Assembly (NCBI GenBank): GCA_913058135.1
Contig: CAJXPR010000002.1
Span: 12,119 to 76,118 of the forward strand
DNA from: an uncultured Gammaproteobacteria bacterium
Lineage (GTDB): Bacteria > Pseudomonadota > Gammaproteobacteria > Pseudomonadales > Pseudohongiellaceae
DNA: 64,000 bases
Direction of reading: 5' to 3'
The notes under the pieces: model-generated
The model's database searches: none
Told to the model about the DNA's origin: nothing
What the model saw: only the letters and a program-made list of their open reading frames with translations
Program-made: the position numbers and the translations under genes
Part shown: positions 63,164 to 64,000 of the stretch, in pieces
Layout: the number at the start of each line of letters is the position of its first letter
Position numbering within the stretch: position 1 is the first letter of the stretch

Positions 63164-64000
63164 TTATCCAACCGAGCCTTCAAGGCTGACTTCAAGCAGC
63201 TTGCCGGCTTCCACCGCAAACTCCATGGGTAGTTCTTTAAATACTTCCCGGCAAAAGCCGTTGACGATCATTGACACTGCTTTTTCCGCATCAAGGCCGC
63301 GCTGTTGACACAGGAACATCTGGTCGTCGCTGACCTTGGACGTGGTAGCCTCGTGTTCAATGACGGCCGACGCATTACGGTTCTCTATGTAGGGAAAGGT
63401 GTGGGCGCCGCACTGATCACCGATCAGCAGCGAATCACACTGGGTAAAGTTACGTGCGCCCTCGGCGCCCGGATTCATCCGCACCAGACCGCGATAGGAG
63501 CTGTTGCTGCGTCCGGCGGAGATACCTTTGGCAATGATGGTGGAACTGGTGTTCTTACCCAGGTGGATCATCTTGGTGCCGGTATCGGCCTGCTGGAAAT
63601 TGTTGGTCAGCGCTACCGAATAAAACTCACCCACGCTGTTATCACCTTTGAGTATACAGCTCGGGTACTTCCAGGTGACCGCTGAACCGGTCTCCACCTG
63701 GGTCCAGGAAATACGTGCGTTCTTGTGCGCGATGCCACGCTTGGTGACGAAATTGTAGATACCACCCTTGCCGTTCTTGTCGCCGGGATACCAGTTCTGC
63801 ACGGTTGAATACTTGATGGTGGCATCGTCCAGTGCTACCAGTTCAACGACTGCTGCGTGCAGCTGATTCTCGTCGCGCATGGGCGCCGTGCAGCCTTCCA
63901 GGTAGCTCACGTGGGAGCCTTCCTCGGCAATGATCAGCGTGCGCTCAAACTGCCCGGTATTAAGCTCGTTGATACGGAAATAGGTGGACAGTTCCATGGG
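63164..64000 (-). CDS. sufB: Fe-S cluster scaffold SufB, C-terminal part (5' end outside the window)
   Basis: ...[25 protein letters not shown]...[16 protein letters not shown]...[12 protein letters not shown]... are SufB blocks. The frame remains open to position 64000. Confidence 0.9.
   Translation of the reverse strand, partial: PMELSTYFRINELNTGQFERTLIIAEEGSHVSYLEGCTAPMRDENQLHAAVVELVALDDATIKYSTVQNWYPGDKNGKGGIYNFVTKRGIAHKNARISWTQVETGSAVTWKYPSCILKGDNSVGEFYSVALTNNFQQADTGTKMIHLGKNTSSTIIAKGISAGRSNSSYRGLVRMNPGAEGARNFTQCDSLLIGDQCGAHTFPYIENRNASAVIEHEATTSKVSDDQMFLCQQRGLDAEKAVSMIVNGFCREVFKELPMEFAVEAGKLLEVSLEGSVG

Noticed and set aside
1-64000. CRISPR arrays, rRNA genes, IS elements
   Set aside because: Reading the intergenic regions showed no regularly spaced direct repeats with unique spacers, no rRNA-like sequence and no transposase-like ORFs. 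The only tandem or dispersed repeats seen are those listed.

Overview
Chromosomal segment of a moderately GC-rich Gram-negative bacterium, judged by eye and by gene content and the tRNA-Arg sequence to be most likely a marine gammaproteobacterium. It is densely coded, about 70 genes, mostly on the minus strand. Gene calls rest on my reading of the ORF translations plus manual checks of starts, RBSs and intergenic DNA. No database search was possible, so family names come from recognised motifs.

Gene content, left to right:
- partial TolC/CzcC-type outer-membrane efflux gene, divergent from an OmpR/HisKA two-component pair
- cbpM and cbpA (cbpA is frameshifted)
- lipoprotein cytochrome c'-like protein, periplasmic rhodanese
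- Oar-like TonB-dependent receptor plus NPP phosphodiesterase
- ABC-2 exporter with a divergent regulator
- RelE/ParE-RHH toxin-antitoxin pair beside a truncated LytTR gene
- a patch of small enzymes (isochorismatase, SRPBCC, DUF1905/YdeI, GNAT, SAM methyltransferase), then a MerR regulator
- two-subunit pyruvate carboxylase
- minimal K+ channel, map with an overlapping ParD-like gene, a polytopic LuxR-type regulator, GST
- porin-BCCT-cNMP/CBS/DUF294-exonuclease operon
- HD-GYP and PAS-GGDEF-EAL c-di-GMP enzymes
- PncC-NadE fusion, AraC-MGMT (Ada-like) protein, egtB-egtD
- six-gene cluster: PoxB-like TPP enzyme, FAD/Fe-S oxidase, ASRT-family protein, SDR, GH15, membrane protein
- M48 peptidase remnant
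- vapBC-bearing islet flanked by direct repeats next to tRNA-Arg(ACG), with unusual repeat and hairpin architecture
- three tandem Sel1-repeat exported proteins
- suf operon (sufB partial, then C, D, S, A, T, E)

No CRISPR array, rRNA, transposase or integrase gene was seen.

Most noteworthy:
- the rhodopsin-less ASRT-containing six-gene cluster
- the transporter-linked DUF294/exonuclease pair
- the tRNA-Arg-proximal repeat-flanked islet and its 31-bp perfect inverted repeat
- a (GGAGTAA)x4 junction repeat
- two single-nucleotide frameshifts at short homopolymers
- two gene remnants
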